Source: Paraspadella gotoi (lineage: Eukaryota > Animalia > Chaetognatha). Taken from it: 64,000 nt of DNA. The translations under genes were made by a program, and so were the position numbers. The stretch is from the NCBI GenBank assembly GCA_051294375.1, contig CM119269.1, positions 17,284,265-17,348,264 on the forward strand. Reading direction: 5' to 3'. Below, piece after piece: positions 1 to 14,028 of this stretch (position 1 is the first letter of the stretch; the number at the start of each line of letters is the position of its first letter). Under the pieces are notes generated by a model. The model saw nothing but the letters and a program-made list of their open reading frames with translations, was not told the origin of the DNA and did no database searches.

Positions 1-3000
1 GATGCTTGGTTTTCCCGTCCCTTGGAGTCTAGTCGAAGCGGGGTCGATTATACGCAGGCATTGGGGCTCGACCCACCGTTTCCCTCGCCAAGACCACCAT
101 CCTATCCCGCACAACAACCTGGCCCACATTCTTCGTCGCAATCGGCGGAAGCCGCGGTACCTTACGGATATTATTCTCCTGGACCGAGGCCACAACTTTC
201 GCTTGGCCCTGACTATCCCTTGAGAAGAAGTCCGAGCAGAGACAGCATCAACAGTTTATGTAATAAATTTTCGATTTTGTTGTCAGTTTCTTTTGACATA
301 CACAAATAATTAGCACGACCAAACTAGGCGATGTTCGCGAAAGCCCCGCCCTTACGGCTGTGTCGTCCTCTGGTTATCGATCCTTTCAAGATCACGTTGA
401 CACAATTCACTCATCCCCGACGCATCGGGATGGGCAAAGACCAATCACTCCACCCAGTACCGCTTTTAAAGAGATTCCAGGGAGAGTGAATTCGCCCCCT
501 TCGCACAGGTAGCAGGAATGGGTTGGAGGGAGCTTAGTTGGAGCTGAGCATCTAATTTCTTTCACATTGTAGTTTTCGGCCTGTGGTTCCGATGGAACCC
601 AATGACCCATCCGGAAAGAAGGGAAATCAAGGAGTGGACCCTCTTGCTGGAGTCGCTGTAGGATTCGCCAGTCTTCTCGCCGAAAATCTTCTTTCGCATC
701 CTTGCACAGTCCTACGACGGCAGTGTCAGGTTTTCTTGTTTTTACATTTTTGACTTTAAAGCTTTGCAATCAAGTCAATTCTGTACGTTTTAGGATACTT
801 ATAGTATAGTAAATATATAAAATATAGATTAGTATATAATATGTGTATAATATTATATATCATGTAATGTCGTAATATCTTTAACCGTGTCAAATTCCAA
901 CTAAGTTCGATTCAATGTCCCCGCTTTAGTCCCATTTGTTCCTCAAGGTTCACCACCGGTCGAGGCATTATCACTTGACACCATTCGCTCTAATTAAAGT
1001 CGTCATGAACATTCAAAGGCGAGAAATTCGATTATTTTTTCTATCAAGTAGACAAGAGGCTGATGATTGCGCTATTCTGATGTTCAGGTACCAGGGACTA
1101 TCGACTTTTTGGAAGGGCATCGGCTCCACCTTCATTGTCAAGGGTATGTTCCTTGTATCGGAACATTTGATCAGCGAACTGACTCCCTTTCGACGTGAAG
1201 TTGCGCTGGACAGGTTAGTGGCATGTCAAAAAAAATTTTAGTTGCCTTAATCAAAATTATTCAGTTGAGTTCGACATACCTAGCTCGACGGCGAAGCAAT
1301 TGCTCGGACACGTGGCCCTAAAGGCCCTCGCGCAGACGCTGGTCACCCCTTTTTTTTCTGCGGCGCTGGTTGAGTCGGTTCAGAGTGACATAGCTTCGGA
1401 GCGGCCGGGAATTTTCGACTGTCTTCGCGAGGGATCATACCGTCTTGTTGGCTACGGCATGCCGCAGACGACCAGACTTTTTCCCGTCTACCATCTGCTT
1501 CTCCCAACGGCTGCTTATGGAACGCTGCATTACGTCATCGCTAGTGTTGCGCAAGTACGTTAAGTTGTATTCGTCAAAATGTGATTATTCACGAAAGATG
1601 TTAAAAGATGCCTTGTTTGTACCATGTTCATAATAACGTTTCTCCTAATTATTTAATTCTAGTGTGAGCCTTATGGATTAATAAATGATGATTCACTAGT
1701 TTTCATTTAGCCCTGTTTTTTTCAGTGGTCGGTAATATCAATTATGAAGAAGTCTTCCGAGAGTGTTCACCGACCTTCGCCCCAATATGGATCGATTCGC
1801 GAAGTATGTACATTTTGCCGTCGTTGGTTCAGCTCTCGAACAAATGAAGCTGATAAATAAATATATTTTCTCTAAGGAATCATTTGCGGAACTAACAACG
1901 AGCGAGGGTTCTACTGCTGCTTTAGTCGAGTCTTTCTATCGAGAAGTCATCAGTGGATTTTATGGCAAGTCTTCTGTATTAATAATTTAATTCTATGGTC
2001 TCGGTCGTCGATTTTTTCATGTTTCTAAAAAAATTCTATAAAAAGTTACTTTTTTTTAAGGATTCCATGTACTGTTAGGTTGTTTTATACAATTTTGCCT
2101 TTACCATGATGGGAAAAAAAAATTGTCGCGGTTAATTTCCACCTATTTTTCGAAAAATAAAACTTACATATCGAAAAACTTTGGCCTTTTGTGATTCATA
2201 TGAGCTGTGTCTCATTTATGTACCACAAAAAATAAAAGAGTTCCATGCAAAAGAAAATGTGTTGTCCAAAAAAATGCTTCCTTCTTTTTTATCTTTTTCA
2301 TATCTACACTTTTCATTTATATTAATTTCCGGTTTTTTTTTATTACTTTTTGAGTTAAACCGTTACTATTAAAAATCCCTGCCTTTTCTCAGTCTCATGT
2401 AAAATGGTTATTGCATCATCTCTATTAGGATAGATTCAGGGATGAATCTTTATTCATATGTCAAAAAAATAGCGGTATTAAAAATATATTAATACTGTAG
2501 ATAGCGGTAGCCGACCAAATTCAAATTTTAATGGGAACAGCTTTAAACTAATCCATTATTGGTATTAATTATTGTGTTAAAATATTTTTTTAGTCCTCTT
2601 GATCAAAAAGAGGTGAAAACAGTTGGAGACAACATTTTGTAAGTATTTGAATGCATTAAATAATTTTATGCTGTTGAGAAATAATCTTTTTCAGTCCGAG
2701 GGAGGTCATATTACATATTAAAACCTATTTACCGGCCAAAAAATATATTTGACAATGAAATTAACCGACGTTTCCAAACCGCGACAATTTCTTTTTCCAT
2801 CATGGTAATATCAATTTGCCAATTTACCAATTTTCCCCCAAAAAAAGTCTCTCTCGCTGTTTGATCGAATCCATTCGAAACCGATGTCACCTTTTGCCGC
2901 TGGTCGGAAATGTCCGTCTACCAATCAAAAACATAAAATTTCTCTTTAGGGAACTTGCTTGGTGACGTGATCCTGTACCCCTTGGAGACAATCCTACACA

Positions 3001-4771
3001 GACTTCACCTCCAAGGTACTCGGACGATCATCGACGACCTTGACTCGGGTCTAAGCGTCCTTCCAGTTACTACGCGTTACGAAGGAGTCTTCGATTGTTA
3101 TCGGTATGGACATTGGACAAGCATTCATCTCGTTAAAAGCATAATTTGAAATTAGCAGTGTAGTGCGGGGTAATTTGAAACGGGGATTATTCTGAACACA
3201 GACATATAATAATATTAAATAATCTAATACTTAAGCGAGTGGTCTTTTCATACAATTGAAACATTCTTTTAAACATTATACCACTTCATTGATAGGGAAG
3301 CCAGGTACTCTGGGAGTGAATAAACGACACTGTGAGAGAGTCTTGAATGAAAGCTTGCAGGGACCTGCTATGTCATTATCTTGTAAGAGAAAGAGAGGGC
3401 AAGATACTTTGTTTATTAAATTAATGGATAATGTTTATTTTGGTTGTAAAAATTTCATTTCATTAAATATTAAAAAAAATTACTAATATTTTTTTTCGCA
3501 TTAAATATTTTACGAACTAACTACAGCATTCTTCTGCTGCAGCAGTCATATTTCATCTTTGAGTAGTCGTTTTCAAGCCTCGGTTACAGTCATATTTGAC
3601 GTAATATGACTATTAAATATAAATATATGATAGACGCGACTGCTAAGTTTTAGTTGTATTAGAGTATTTTAAAAAAATTCATTTATTTTTTGCATAGCTA
3701 CAATTAAATTGGGCTAAAACGGAACACCTGTAAAGTACGTTTTCTGTGTTATCCAATAAAGTGAGGTGAAAATAATACATTTTTATAAAATTAAAGTTGA
3801 GTATATAAAACATATTGGTGAATTTATTTTTTTAATTTTATACATTAGTGGGCACCAATTAGTTATATTTATATATAGTAATAAGTATATAATAGGCTAA
3901 AATTTCAAAATGCAAATTTTGAAATTTAATTAATCATTGATCGTTCATTTGATAGTCATGTCTTTGATAAGTTATTATTCGTTTCCTTCTACAGCTATCG
4001 TGAATCATTGATATTATAGTAGGAGAGGTCTTGGGTTTAATATTTAGGCTTTCGGTCATTTATCACTTATGTTTCTCCCTGATTATGATTCAGAGCTGAT
4101 TCCAGGGTGTTCAGACTGTCAATGCACGGCCGCCCGCGATCTATCCATTCTTTGGTTGTTCCGAGACATTCAGCCAAGCTGCGACAAGTGTTACGAATTA
4201 CCCCGGGGTAATTGAGCACTAAATTTTTAAAAAGAGAAAAACGATTGCATCAACCTGTGATGGGGACATTTCTAAGAATATCACCCTAAATTGTTTTTTA
4301 CATATATATTTATTATGTGAAAAATTAGATTACTTACATAAGTAATCTTAATTACCTCGCACTACCCTAGTAACACAATAGCGATTTTATACCAATTAAT
4401 AGTAAATCAGTTTTATTGTTTGATTGGCTTGGGGGGAAATAATCGTAAATTTTGAACGGATCATAAGGAAAGAGGGAGACTCCAGAGCTTTTGTCTTTGT
4501 GCCCACCGTGGCACGCGCCTAATTCCGGATATTCATCAAAATTTGTTGAATAACTCGCCAATTAGTAAGAGCTTGTTACTTTAGGTGTATCGTTAAAGAA
4601 GAAGGTCGTTGGGGCCTCTTCAAAGGATTTGGAGCCCTGATCATTCAGTATTCGCTTCATTTTCTCATCATCAAAGCGACGAAGCTGTTGCTGGATCGAA
4701 TCACGGAACTCAGCGCATCGAGCTCGATCGCCCGAAGCAAAAGAGACGATTTACTAGATCCTCGACGCTGA
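1..4771 (+). CDS. SLC25A46: Mitochondrial outer-membrane carrier-like protein SLC25A46 (5' end outside window)
   Basis: Spliced exons <1-259, 391-508, 573-729, 948-1018, 1088-1213, 1284-1554, 1726-1803, 1877-1964, 2950-3103, 4585-4771 give a continuous frame with family motifs [88 protein letters not shown]; stop TGA 4769-4771. Confidence 0.93.
3990..4225 (+). mobile_element. Possible degenerate tRNA-derived SINE with 3' hairpin
   Basis: GC-richer island in an AT-rich intron; B-box-like GGTCTTGGGTTTAAT near 4026; ends in a hairpin containing the perfect 18-bp palindrome AATTACCCCGGGGTAATT (4196-4213). Single copy in window. Confidence 0.3.
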
Positions 4772-5459
4772 ATTTCCTCACGCTTTTAAATTTTCACATT
4801 AAATTTAATATGAAAATAAACTCGAATGAAATTGAACTCGTGATCGTAAATTATTTCCGCCTCCGCTGGCGTCTGTGGAATGTGATTTCTTTTACAAAAT
4901 GGTTGTCATTCAATGTTTTAAAAGAATTTTACTTCTATGTTTTCTCGCTTGGTTTTCAATTTTATTCAAATTTGCATTAGTATCCGGGTCCTTTTTGTAT
5001 CCTAAAGTCAATGAAAAAAAGTGAGACATCCCAATGCTCCCGATTTATGTTCAAAGTTTAAAAACTTCATTTATATGCCGGATTTCTGAATTTCTTTTTC
5101 AGTTTGGCCATTAGTATTTAATTTAGAAAGCGACGAAGCTGAAACCCCTGGAATCGCCCTGCCCCCGCGCCGCACATGGAATGAGCTAGGGGAAACTCTC
5201 TTCGTTGCCGTTCTCAATAAATAATAATAAATAAACAAGCTTCCACCCCGAATCTTCTGGAATCTCTCCCCTCGTCCGCTCGCTTCTCGTCGCTTCATCG
5301 CCATTCGTTCTCTTCATCGCAAATAGGAAATAGTTTTCACGTTTTTTAATATTTGGAAATTCCAACAAGGATGTACAAATGCGCGCGCTCTGGTCCGTAC
5401 AGGACCGCGGGCGCGTAGACCCGACATTAACGACGGACGGTTTACAAAGCAAATTTCTG

Positions 5460-5520
5460 TTGGACCAATCACGAACGGAGTTCTTTCTCAGCTTCACGTT
5501 TTTCAACCAATCGTGAATCG
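5460..5520 (+). promoter_or_regulatory. Two CCAAT boxes upstream of LARP6
   Basis: GACCAATCA (~5464) and AACCAATCG (~5505), about 41 bp apart, in a CpG-rich region upstream of the LARP6 5' region. Confidence 0.35.
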
Positions 5521-5622
5521 ACTCGTCTTCGCCAGATTTTTGCCAGAGAAATACTACGGCCAACCTCTCTCTCAGCTCGATCCGGTCCGGAGCAGAATTT
5601 TTTCCGCTAGAATATTCGTTGA

Positions 5623-5626
<4 letters not shown>

Positions 5627-5665
<39 letters not shown>
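5627..5665. repeat. (CT)n microsatellite
   Basis: Perfect CT/TC dinucleotide run. Confidence 0.95.
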
Positions 5666-5670
<5 letters not shown>

Positions 5671-6128
5671 ACATCATCTCGTGTTGCGTTGCGTCATTTT
5701 CGTGTCTCCACCGCTCGAGAAAATCCCTGGCTTGAATTTGAGTCTTCTCGAAAACGTGTGTTAATAAACTGTTAATAAACATCAAGTTCGTCTCGACTTT
5801 CAAATTCCCACACGTCGCTTAGAACCCTCAGTCGAAAATAACTCTCTGGCTTCGCGCCCTCGATCTTCTGCTTCCGAGATTTCGAGATTATTCTCGAAGC
5901 TCTCTCTCTCTCTCTTCCCGATTTCGAAGAAAGAAAGATATATTTTCCCTTTGTGTGTGTCTCTCTCTCTCTCGCATTTTTGCCTGGGGTTGATTCGACG
6001 GAGATATTCATTCTCGCGTGGAACGTCGCTTGTCCGAGTTTTTCTACGGATTCCCCACGAGGCCCCTCTGCCCACGTGGGAATCGAATTTTTCGGAAAGA
6101 TTCCTGCGAAAAAAAATTTTTCGTCATC

Positions 6129-9100
6129 ATGACTGGTAAGTTTGATTGTCTCCGTTTCTTTTGAATGAGGGAGTGGCAGTGAGAGTGAAAATAAAAAGTG
6201 TGGGGAATAAATAATTCTGGGCGAAGTTTGGTTCACCGCGTGGGATGAGACTGACAGCATAAATTTCTTTCTTATTCATGTCCCACTTCCATTATCTTAT
6301 GGCGTTTTCTTTTTTTGGTTGGAAACGGTTTAATTTCGTTCGGTCGCATGCGAAAGAATTTAAATTAAATCTAATACCTAATGGTTTCGCTCGATATTCT
6401 CGAGTTGGCCCCAGTCTCTCTTTTCGTGCCGAATCTTCCCAGCGTCGCCCCATATTCCAACATTCCTTTCTCTTCTTCAGAGGTCGTCGGTCTCGAGGAC
6501 TTTGATCACGGCGTGGCCGACGCGCGCAACGCCTTCGCCCAACAGTGCCGCATTCGGGTCACGTGTGCTGAGGGTAACGACTCTGGTGAGTTTCGTTTTC
6601 CCTTAATTCTTTTTGTGTTATGTATTTAATGATGAAAGCATTGGGCACATACATTCTATGTGGTGATTTCTTTTTTATTACTGAACAACAGAATTTGCAC
6701 AAAAAATTTCAAGTATTCCCTTCTTTCGCTAAATTCGACCCTGTTTTGCCACAAGGTGACGCAACGAGTTTCGGAACTGACCTCAACATGGCAGACGATG
6801 CCATCGCCGCAGCATCTTGCGGTGCTAACGGCCTTCCGCGCGCCCTGCGAGTCGAGGAGCTTATTTACGACGCGGATCGCATATCGAGATCCGGCTCTTA
6901 TTCCTCTTTGTCTGGCGACACTTCAGGTTAAAGCTAAATTTAATTTAATTAGGTTTGATTCTGATTAATTTCTTTCAATTAAATTATTTTATGATAATTT
7001 ACCTTTTCTGTTCCCGCAGGCACCGACGGCGACGTTGATTCTCGACCCAATTCCGGCGAGGCTCCCCTCGACATCCCCTCCGACGAGCTAATTCAACGCA
7101 TCGTCGACCAAGTGGAGTTTTACTTTTCGGATGAAAACATCCTCAAGGACGCCTTCTTGCTCAAGCACGTTCGACGGAATAAAATGGGCTTTGTTTCCCT
7201 CAAGCTCATAACTTCTTTTAAGAGAATCAAGTCACTTACCAAGGTAAGTCGTTCGGTCAATAGACCTTCCGACTTCAATTTTATCGTGATGATAGCATTG
7301 GGCACTTACTTAGTCGTGGTGATCCTATTTGACCCTGAACAAACTTCATTTAATTTCAGGACATCGAGATTCACTTTTATGCTCTCCTCTAAACTTCTAC
7401 TGTATTTTTTTAGGATTATCGAGTGGCGGCATACGCTTTGAGAAACTCCTCTCAGAAGCTTGAAGTCAATTCAGAAGGAACGAAAGTCAGGAGGCTCATT
7501 CCTCTTCCTGCCTACGACGAAACATCTACATCGAGGTTCGATTCTCTTTCGTTTTTTCTTTCCTTCGTTTTCTTCTTTTTTTTTTCATCCCCTTCTCCGA
7601 AATTAAAAATCCCTTTTTTACAGGACTGTCATTGCCATCATGCCGGTTGAGACGGACCCGTCCTTCGACGATGTCGCCAATCTTTTCAAAGATTGCGGCG
7701 AAATCATGCTCATTCGCATTGTCAAGTCGGGAGCCGTCGTTCCCCCTGATCTCAAAATGGTCAGTACTATAGTCGTCTTGATTTTTTTCTTTTGGTCGGA
7801 TTTAACTGAAAAGTTGTATCATTTCTTTTCTTCGCAGTACATGAACAAACACCCGCAAATAGGGCAGCAGACCTGCGCCGTGATCGAATTCGATACCCAC
7901 GCGGCCGCCGAGCGCGCCTCCGCGATGAGCGCGACCGATGACGGCGGCGGAGGTGGAGAGGCGGGTCTGCTGGTGGCGTTGCTCGCGCCGCCAAAGAGTG
8001 GAAAGAAGAAGGAAGCGGTGAAAGAGGCGGCTGCGGCGAAGGAGGCGGCGGCGATGAAGACCAAAGTGGTGGTTGACGCCCAACAGCAAGACAAGAATCG
8101 AAAGTTGAAGAAAAAGAACGACAGGCTCGCTGCCATCGTAAGTTTCAGAAATGATCAGCGTTAAAAAAACAATCTTTATTAGTAATATCACTGCAATGTC
8201 GAACGTCATTGGCTACTGTAAAATAATTTCTTTTACGACCCCTTTTAAACCGTTTTATCGTCCCATTTTAAATTAAAAATTCAAAAACAAATCTTATTTT
8301 TTGTAATCAGGCGCAGGATTCCCCTTCGGTTGGATCGGGCGCGTCCGACAGCGAGACGGAATTCCCTTCGATCAACGAGACCGAGAGTCGCAATGGACGT
8401 CACCACCAACGCCAGCCTCATTCCAACAAGGAGAACAGCCCCGGACGCGCCGATCGGCAGGGCAACTGGAGGTCGCCCATCGCTGTCGCGCCCCAGGCTA
8501 AGACGTCCTCTCCCGCCCAGAGGTTTACTCCGGGCAGTTCGCCGGCCAACACGCCCAAAAGCACCCCGAGGTTTGGCTTTATTTTATTTCAATTATGACT
8601 TTCTATCATTTTCACTGGAAACTATTTTTTTTTCTTCAGGTCGAGCCCTCAGGTCAGCCCACGAATGGGGCGAAGATCGATAACCAATCAAAATACCCCT
8701 CATTCGCGACCGTCTTCGGGCAACGAGAGCCCCTCACCTCTCGCTCACGGACACGGTCGGAGATCCGGTAAGTCCCTAATTGGTTTTGGTTTTTTTTTTG
8801 TTTTTTTTTTCGCAATTTTTCGTTAACTGTTTTTTATACTTGGTTAATTATCTTTTATTTTACGATTATTTTCCTCAGATGCTCGTCCTTCCCCTATGAG
8901 CAGCCCCGAGGCTATTCGGCGTCGTCGCAGCGCCGGAGCCATCGCACGGCAGCAACAGCAGCAGCTCATAGCTGGAGTGTCGCCATTGGCGAACGAACCC
9001 GTTTCCCTTTCCCGCAGTCCTCCCGCTGGAGCATCGCCACCTCGCGAGGCGCTTGACCCGTCGGGCAAGCCCCCTCTTTATCCTTTCGGAGCGTCGGACC

Positions 9101-9441
9101 TCGGTATGAGCCCCTGGGTTCAGCGCCGCCTGCAGGCCGCTGAGGATGTCGGAGAAGCCGGTACCAGCGGCTCCGCATCGCCCGGCACATCGTCTCCGGG
9201 AAGAGCCAATTCACCAGCCGTCGCCAGGTTTGTTAATGGTTATTTTTCTTGATAAAAAACCAAACTTTATCATTAAATTTGTTTTTTCAGACGACGAAAC
9301 GACGCCCCCCCTCGGCTTCTTGATTCCCTCGGCGTACTGCGCCAACCTCGCGGCCCCGACGGAACGCGAGGATTCCATGCTGGCGTCAGGGAATCGCTTA
9401 AGTGGCCTCCATTTCTTCCCTCTGCTGTCGTCGTCGCTTAA
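6129..9441 (+). CDS. LARP6: La-related protein 6 (La motif + RRM + C-terminal LSA/SUZ-C motif)
   Basis: Exons 6129-6135, 6481-6585, 6756-6926, 7020-7243, 7414-7535, 7624-7759, 7838-8137, 8311-8570, 8640-8767, 8879-9227, 9291-9441. La motif QVEFYFSDENILKDAFLLKHVRRNKMGFVSLKLITSFKR, RRM with CAVIEF, SPWVQRR and VLRQPRGPDGTRGF tail. An alternative start at ATG 6788 is possible. Confidence 0.92.
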
Positions 9442-11216
9442 AACTCGACGTATCCTTGCGCGCCCTCTTCGGTCAATACTCTTTCCCTTGCTCTCTCCTC
9501 TGCCCTTTCGCGGGGATCTGGGTCGGAGAAAAGCGAATAAAAAGGAAAGAAAACTCAACGATTTTTAATCACGCGGACTTGAAAGGGGGATGACGATCAT
9601 CGAAGTGCAGGGGTTGTTTTAAACTTTTTCTGTACGCGTTTCGTATTTTTTTTATCACTTTTTAAAAAAAACTTGGCGATAGTTTTTAACCACTGTTGTT
9701 AGATGGTCGACGAAAGGACTTATAAAGCATTTTTGGAAGATTTTTATCATCTTCTCTTTTTATGTGAAGAATGGAAAAGAAAACTATCTCCGGACGACAA
9801 ATTTCGTCCACTCGCTAAATTATTTTGTGTCCTTGTCCTTAATTATTTTCACGCTAAGTCTTGAAGCAATCATGATCATCTTTATTTATTGAGAGAATGA
9901 AGACTAAAAAAAATGAAACCAGTGATTTTTCACCTTAATATAGACAAACGCTTAATAATTGTTGCATTTAGTTCAATGTTTTTTTTTTTTTTTTTTTTTT
10001 ACTTCTTGCATATAATGCGTATTATGGCTGGTAGCTAAATTGATTTTACATGAAAAGCATTATTGTAAAGTCTTTGTTCCGATCCCTGATTATATTCTTG
10101 AAAATTATGTGGATTTTTGACGACTGTATCATTTGCTCAATTTGCGATTCCGATACTTTTCCTCTCGTCAGTTACTAAAAAGAAAGAAAAATTAAAGCTA
10201 GCCAAACAGATGGATCCAGTAAAAGGTAAGTCAAAATTAGGCAGACCAATCATTTACTTTGATATTTTTTGAAGGTTTTTATATACCATCTAGGAAAAAA
10301 GTATATCGCATTTTAGTGGAGGATATCTATTCGAAAATTTATTATTATTTTTAAATTTATATTAAATTTTTATTCAGTAATTATTTTTTAATTTTTATAG
10401 GTCAAATCGTTTATAAGTTAGAGGCAAAAAAAGTTTATTACTTCAAGAGAAATAGCGAAAAAAATTATATTTAGTTTTTATCCTTTATTTTTAATTCGAA
10501 TTGAGTTTTAATTTAAAAATGTTAAAGGCAGTGCACATTTTTTGGTTTATAATAGTAATATTATTAAATAATATTTAAAAAAAAAGAAAAATGTGTAATA
10601 TTGGCGGCGGGCTTGAAAAAAATACATTTTACCGTTATACCTTAATTTGTATACTAAATATTGAAAATGTTTTGCGTATGTTTTATAATTTTTCTATTAA
10701 ATAAATGAACTTTTTAAAAATTGTGATATGATTTTTTCCTAGATAGTTTTACTTACATATAGAATATAAAATACATCATTAACGTGGATGGCTAAAAAAA
10801 AGTAAACATGATGAAATTCACGATGATTTTGGCGATTTTCCGAAATGCTTATAAACAATTTTAAAATTCGACCTTTGGCTTCGCGCTTAATCCGTTCGTT
10901 GCCTTTTGTTCACCACCAACGAATCTTCTCTTCCTCCCCCTCCATTTTGTAAAGGTCTTTGTGCTTCTTCCGTCCGGCGGCGCTGCCTCGGGTGGGACGT
11001 GTTTCTCTCGAGCGGCTGCGAGGTTCCCTCTTCTCTCTCATATTCCGTCGCTCTCCGCGAAAATGGAATCGAGTTAGCCAAGACGGACTCCCTATCGTCC
11101 CGACGGCCGCCAAGCGCCGCTCTATCGTCTCGCTCGCTATCTGTTTATGTACCCTCGTAGGCGACAGTTCTCACGAAGATGAGCTAAAAATCTCGGGTCC
11201 TCGATCGTCACCGGAA

Positions 11217-14028
11217 ATGGCGTCGCCCGCGCCCGAACCACTTTTTTTCAAGGAGATTCAGCGCCTGTTTTTATCGGCGGTGGAACGAGGGGACGAGGAC
11301 GCAATACGCCGGTGGCGCCGGGCCGATGGGCGCGTCGTTATCGAGCCTGACCGACGAACTGGGTTTCTGCCTTTGATCGCGGCGGTGTACTCGGACCGAC
11401 TCACGGAGGAGAAAAGAATACGCGTTTTGAAGGTAGGTGAGGCATTTTTCGAGTTCGTTATCTTTCCTCTACCCCCTTCCCCATATCAAGATTCCGTCTT
11501 GATTATTTCCTCCTTTTCTCAATCATCTTCAATCTTATTTTAATTTTTTCTCGCAGATACTCGTACACGAATTCTCTTCCTCCATTCTCGATCCTCCGTG
11601 CAGTCGATATTCCAACTCGCTCCTCCATTGGTTGGTACTACATGATCGCGCCTTGTCGCTGGAGTGGGCGCTATCTCTCTCTTTTATCGACGCTGCTTTT
11701 ATCGATGCCCTCAATGCTGACGGTCACTCGGCGTTGCATCTCGCTGTCAATTCGGGCCGATCGGCCATCTCCGCGGTGTTGCTACGAAGCGGGGCCTCAC
11801 CCGACGTGGCAGGAGCCGGTGGCAACACCCCGCTACACATCGCCGTCCGGCGGCTGGACGTCGCCAGCGCCCGACTGCTGTTGCAAAGCGGCGCCGATGT
11901 GGACAGCCGCAACGATGCTAAGGAGACTCCGACGATGGCGTTGTTCGTGGAGCACCACTCAACGGGATTTCGCGTCTCTTCTCGCGTTTCCCGCTGTCCC
12001 GAATCGAGGGAAACGTTAATCGCTACTATTCTCGAGACTTTGATTGTCAACGGATGCGACGTCAAAGCCCAAATTCCCTTCGTCGATCGCGAACTCAACG
12101 TCATTTCGACGACGACCGCGCGGGGCCTCGCCTTTTCCGCCGGCTACCACGCCGCTGCAGAGCGACTCCTTCAGCAGGAACGAACGCTGGAGCGCTTTCA
12201 TTGGCTCCTGCGCCCCGCAGCTGTCGACCCTTGCCGTCCGCTCGTCTCGCTCCTCTGCCCTTCGTTGGACGCGGCGGAGAGTTTCTTTGTCGGCGTCGGA
12301 GCCGAGGATCGTCGGTCACCTTCCCGCCTTGGCTTCGCTGACAGAGATCGAGAGTCTCGCATGGGCGTAACCCGTGTAATGGCCCTGGGCGACGACGAGT
12401 TCGTCTTCGACGTCCTTCCCCTTGATTCCGATTCATTGCCTCATTTGGCGAGAGTGTTGGCCGCGCCTCTTCCGCCTCTAGTCGTCTACCTCGCGCAATC
12501 CTCGGAGGAAGCGGACGATGTTCTCGCCTCCATCTCTCTTCGCCTCACGCAAATCGCCGAGGCTGCGTCATTCCGCAAACCGCTGCCGCTGCTGAGAACG
12601 TCGGCGCTGATATGCATGATCGACGCCGGACTGCCGATCGTCCGCACAGACGGCGGTGACGTTTTGGTGGAATTTTTCGTTCCGCCCGAGGTTTTGCTTT
12701 TTAACGTAATAGAGAAAGCGAAAACACTTTTCGGATCTCGGGCAGACGTGGAATTATGGCAAGATTTTAGCGAAGGCGCGGAGAGCGACGACCTTTTTAT
12801 CTTGTCTGCGTCTCGCGAGTCCGTGTGGAGGAATCTTCGAACCAAGCTCCGTCTTTATCGACGATCGACGATTCTGTCCCTACCTCCCGTCGACAACCTG
12901 GCGGCGGAGCTCCTTCGCGACACCGAGTCTATGAATCTTCCACCGCGCTACGACTCATTCGAAGATGCCGTTTACTTCTTGCGCCTGGAGATGCACCCGC
13001 TCGTCACCTCGCGAATGGCGATGGAGTGTCTCAAAACGCTGGAGATTCGTGGGGAAGCGCTCTTCGTAGAGAGAGCGCCGGGTTCCGACGTTTACAACAC
13101 AAACGCGTCGATTTCGGCATCCATCGTAGTGTCTCCCTTTTCTGGTCTCAATTGGGATCGGATGCGCTTGTCTTCGTCGTGCGCCGGCGGCGACCGCGCT
13201 TTTGATTTGGCGTCGCTGATATCGTCGGGCGTTGCAACTTCGCCGGTCCTTCGGCGCTTGCTGGCGGATGCCCTCGATTTTGATGAGTTTGGGGTCGAGC
13301 TTCGGCCGTCTTTGGAGGATCTGGAATGGAACTGCGAGGGTGTCGCCGAAGAGGATTCTGACGCGGCCTCGACGCCGTTGCTTTTTGAATATTTTTTAAA
13401 GGGAGGCTCTGGAAGGCGGGAGTCGATCAACCCGTTGGCGCTGCCCTTAATTGCTTTGGCGTTGAAATCGCGCTCCTCCGGAAGTGGGAAGGTTGTGACA
13501 AAGATCGGCGGTCGAGCAGCGTGGACTCAGGTTCGCCGGGAATCTTTTTTCTCTTTTTTCTTGCCAAAGTAAAGACGAAAGATGACTATTGACTCAAGAT
13601 TCTTGTTGTCACTCTTGTCTTTTTAATGTTAATGTTTAGAGATGAAACGAAAAATTCGTTGTATTAGCAATTTTATTTTATCTCTCATCTTTCATCTCTA
13701 AACTATTTTAAATAGCAAAAAAGAAAGTCAAAATATAATGTTAATGTTTTACTATTATCTCTAGGACGCTGCTTCACTGTCGGAGGCTTGCTTCTACCTC
13801 AAGGAAGACTTTTCCTCTCTGTTCGTCGTGACGCGAAGTTTGAAAGCATCACCATCTCCGTCGATGCTCGAATACGTTAAATTCAAGACGGACGTTGCTG
13901 AACGCATCGAGCGTTGCCTAGGCGCTCTTCACGAGGCCTTAGAAGTTGTCAAAAGGTCGCCTAGCAACGAACTATTGTCCAAAAACTCTTTTCGCATTCG
14001 AGACTTAGACCAAGATCATCTCGGCTAA
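11217..14028 (+). CDS. Ankyrin-repeat protein with degenerate ROC-COR region, DAPK1-related, no kinase domain
   Basis: Exons 11217-11432, 11557-13530, 13765-14028. Ankyrin repeats GHSALHLAV, GNTPLHIAV. Downstream segments LFILSAS..LRTKLRLYRRSTILSLPPVDNLAAELL and EMHPLVTSRMAMECLKTLEIRGE resemble the DAPK1 ROC end and COR as recalled. Confidence 0.75.

Noticed and set aside
11724-13430. Antisense and alternative-frame ORFs over GC-rich exons (also throughout LARP6, UBQLN, SLMAP)
   Set aside because: Shadow ORFs expected from GC-rich codon usage.
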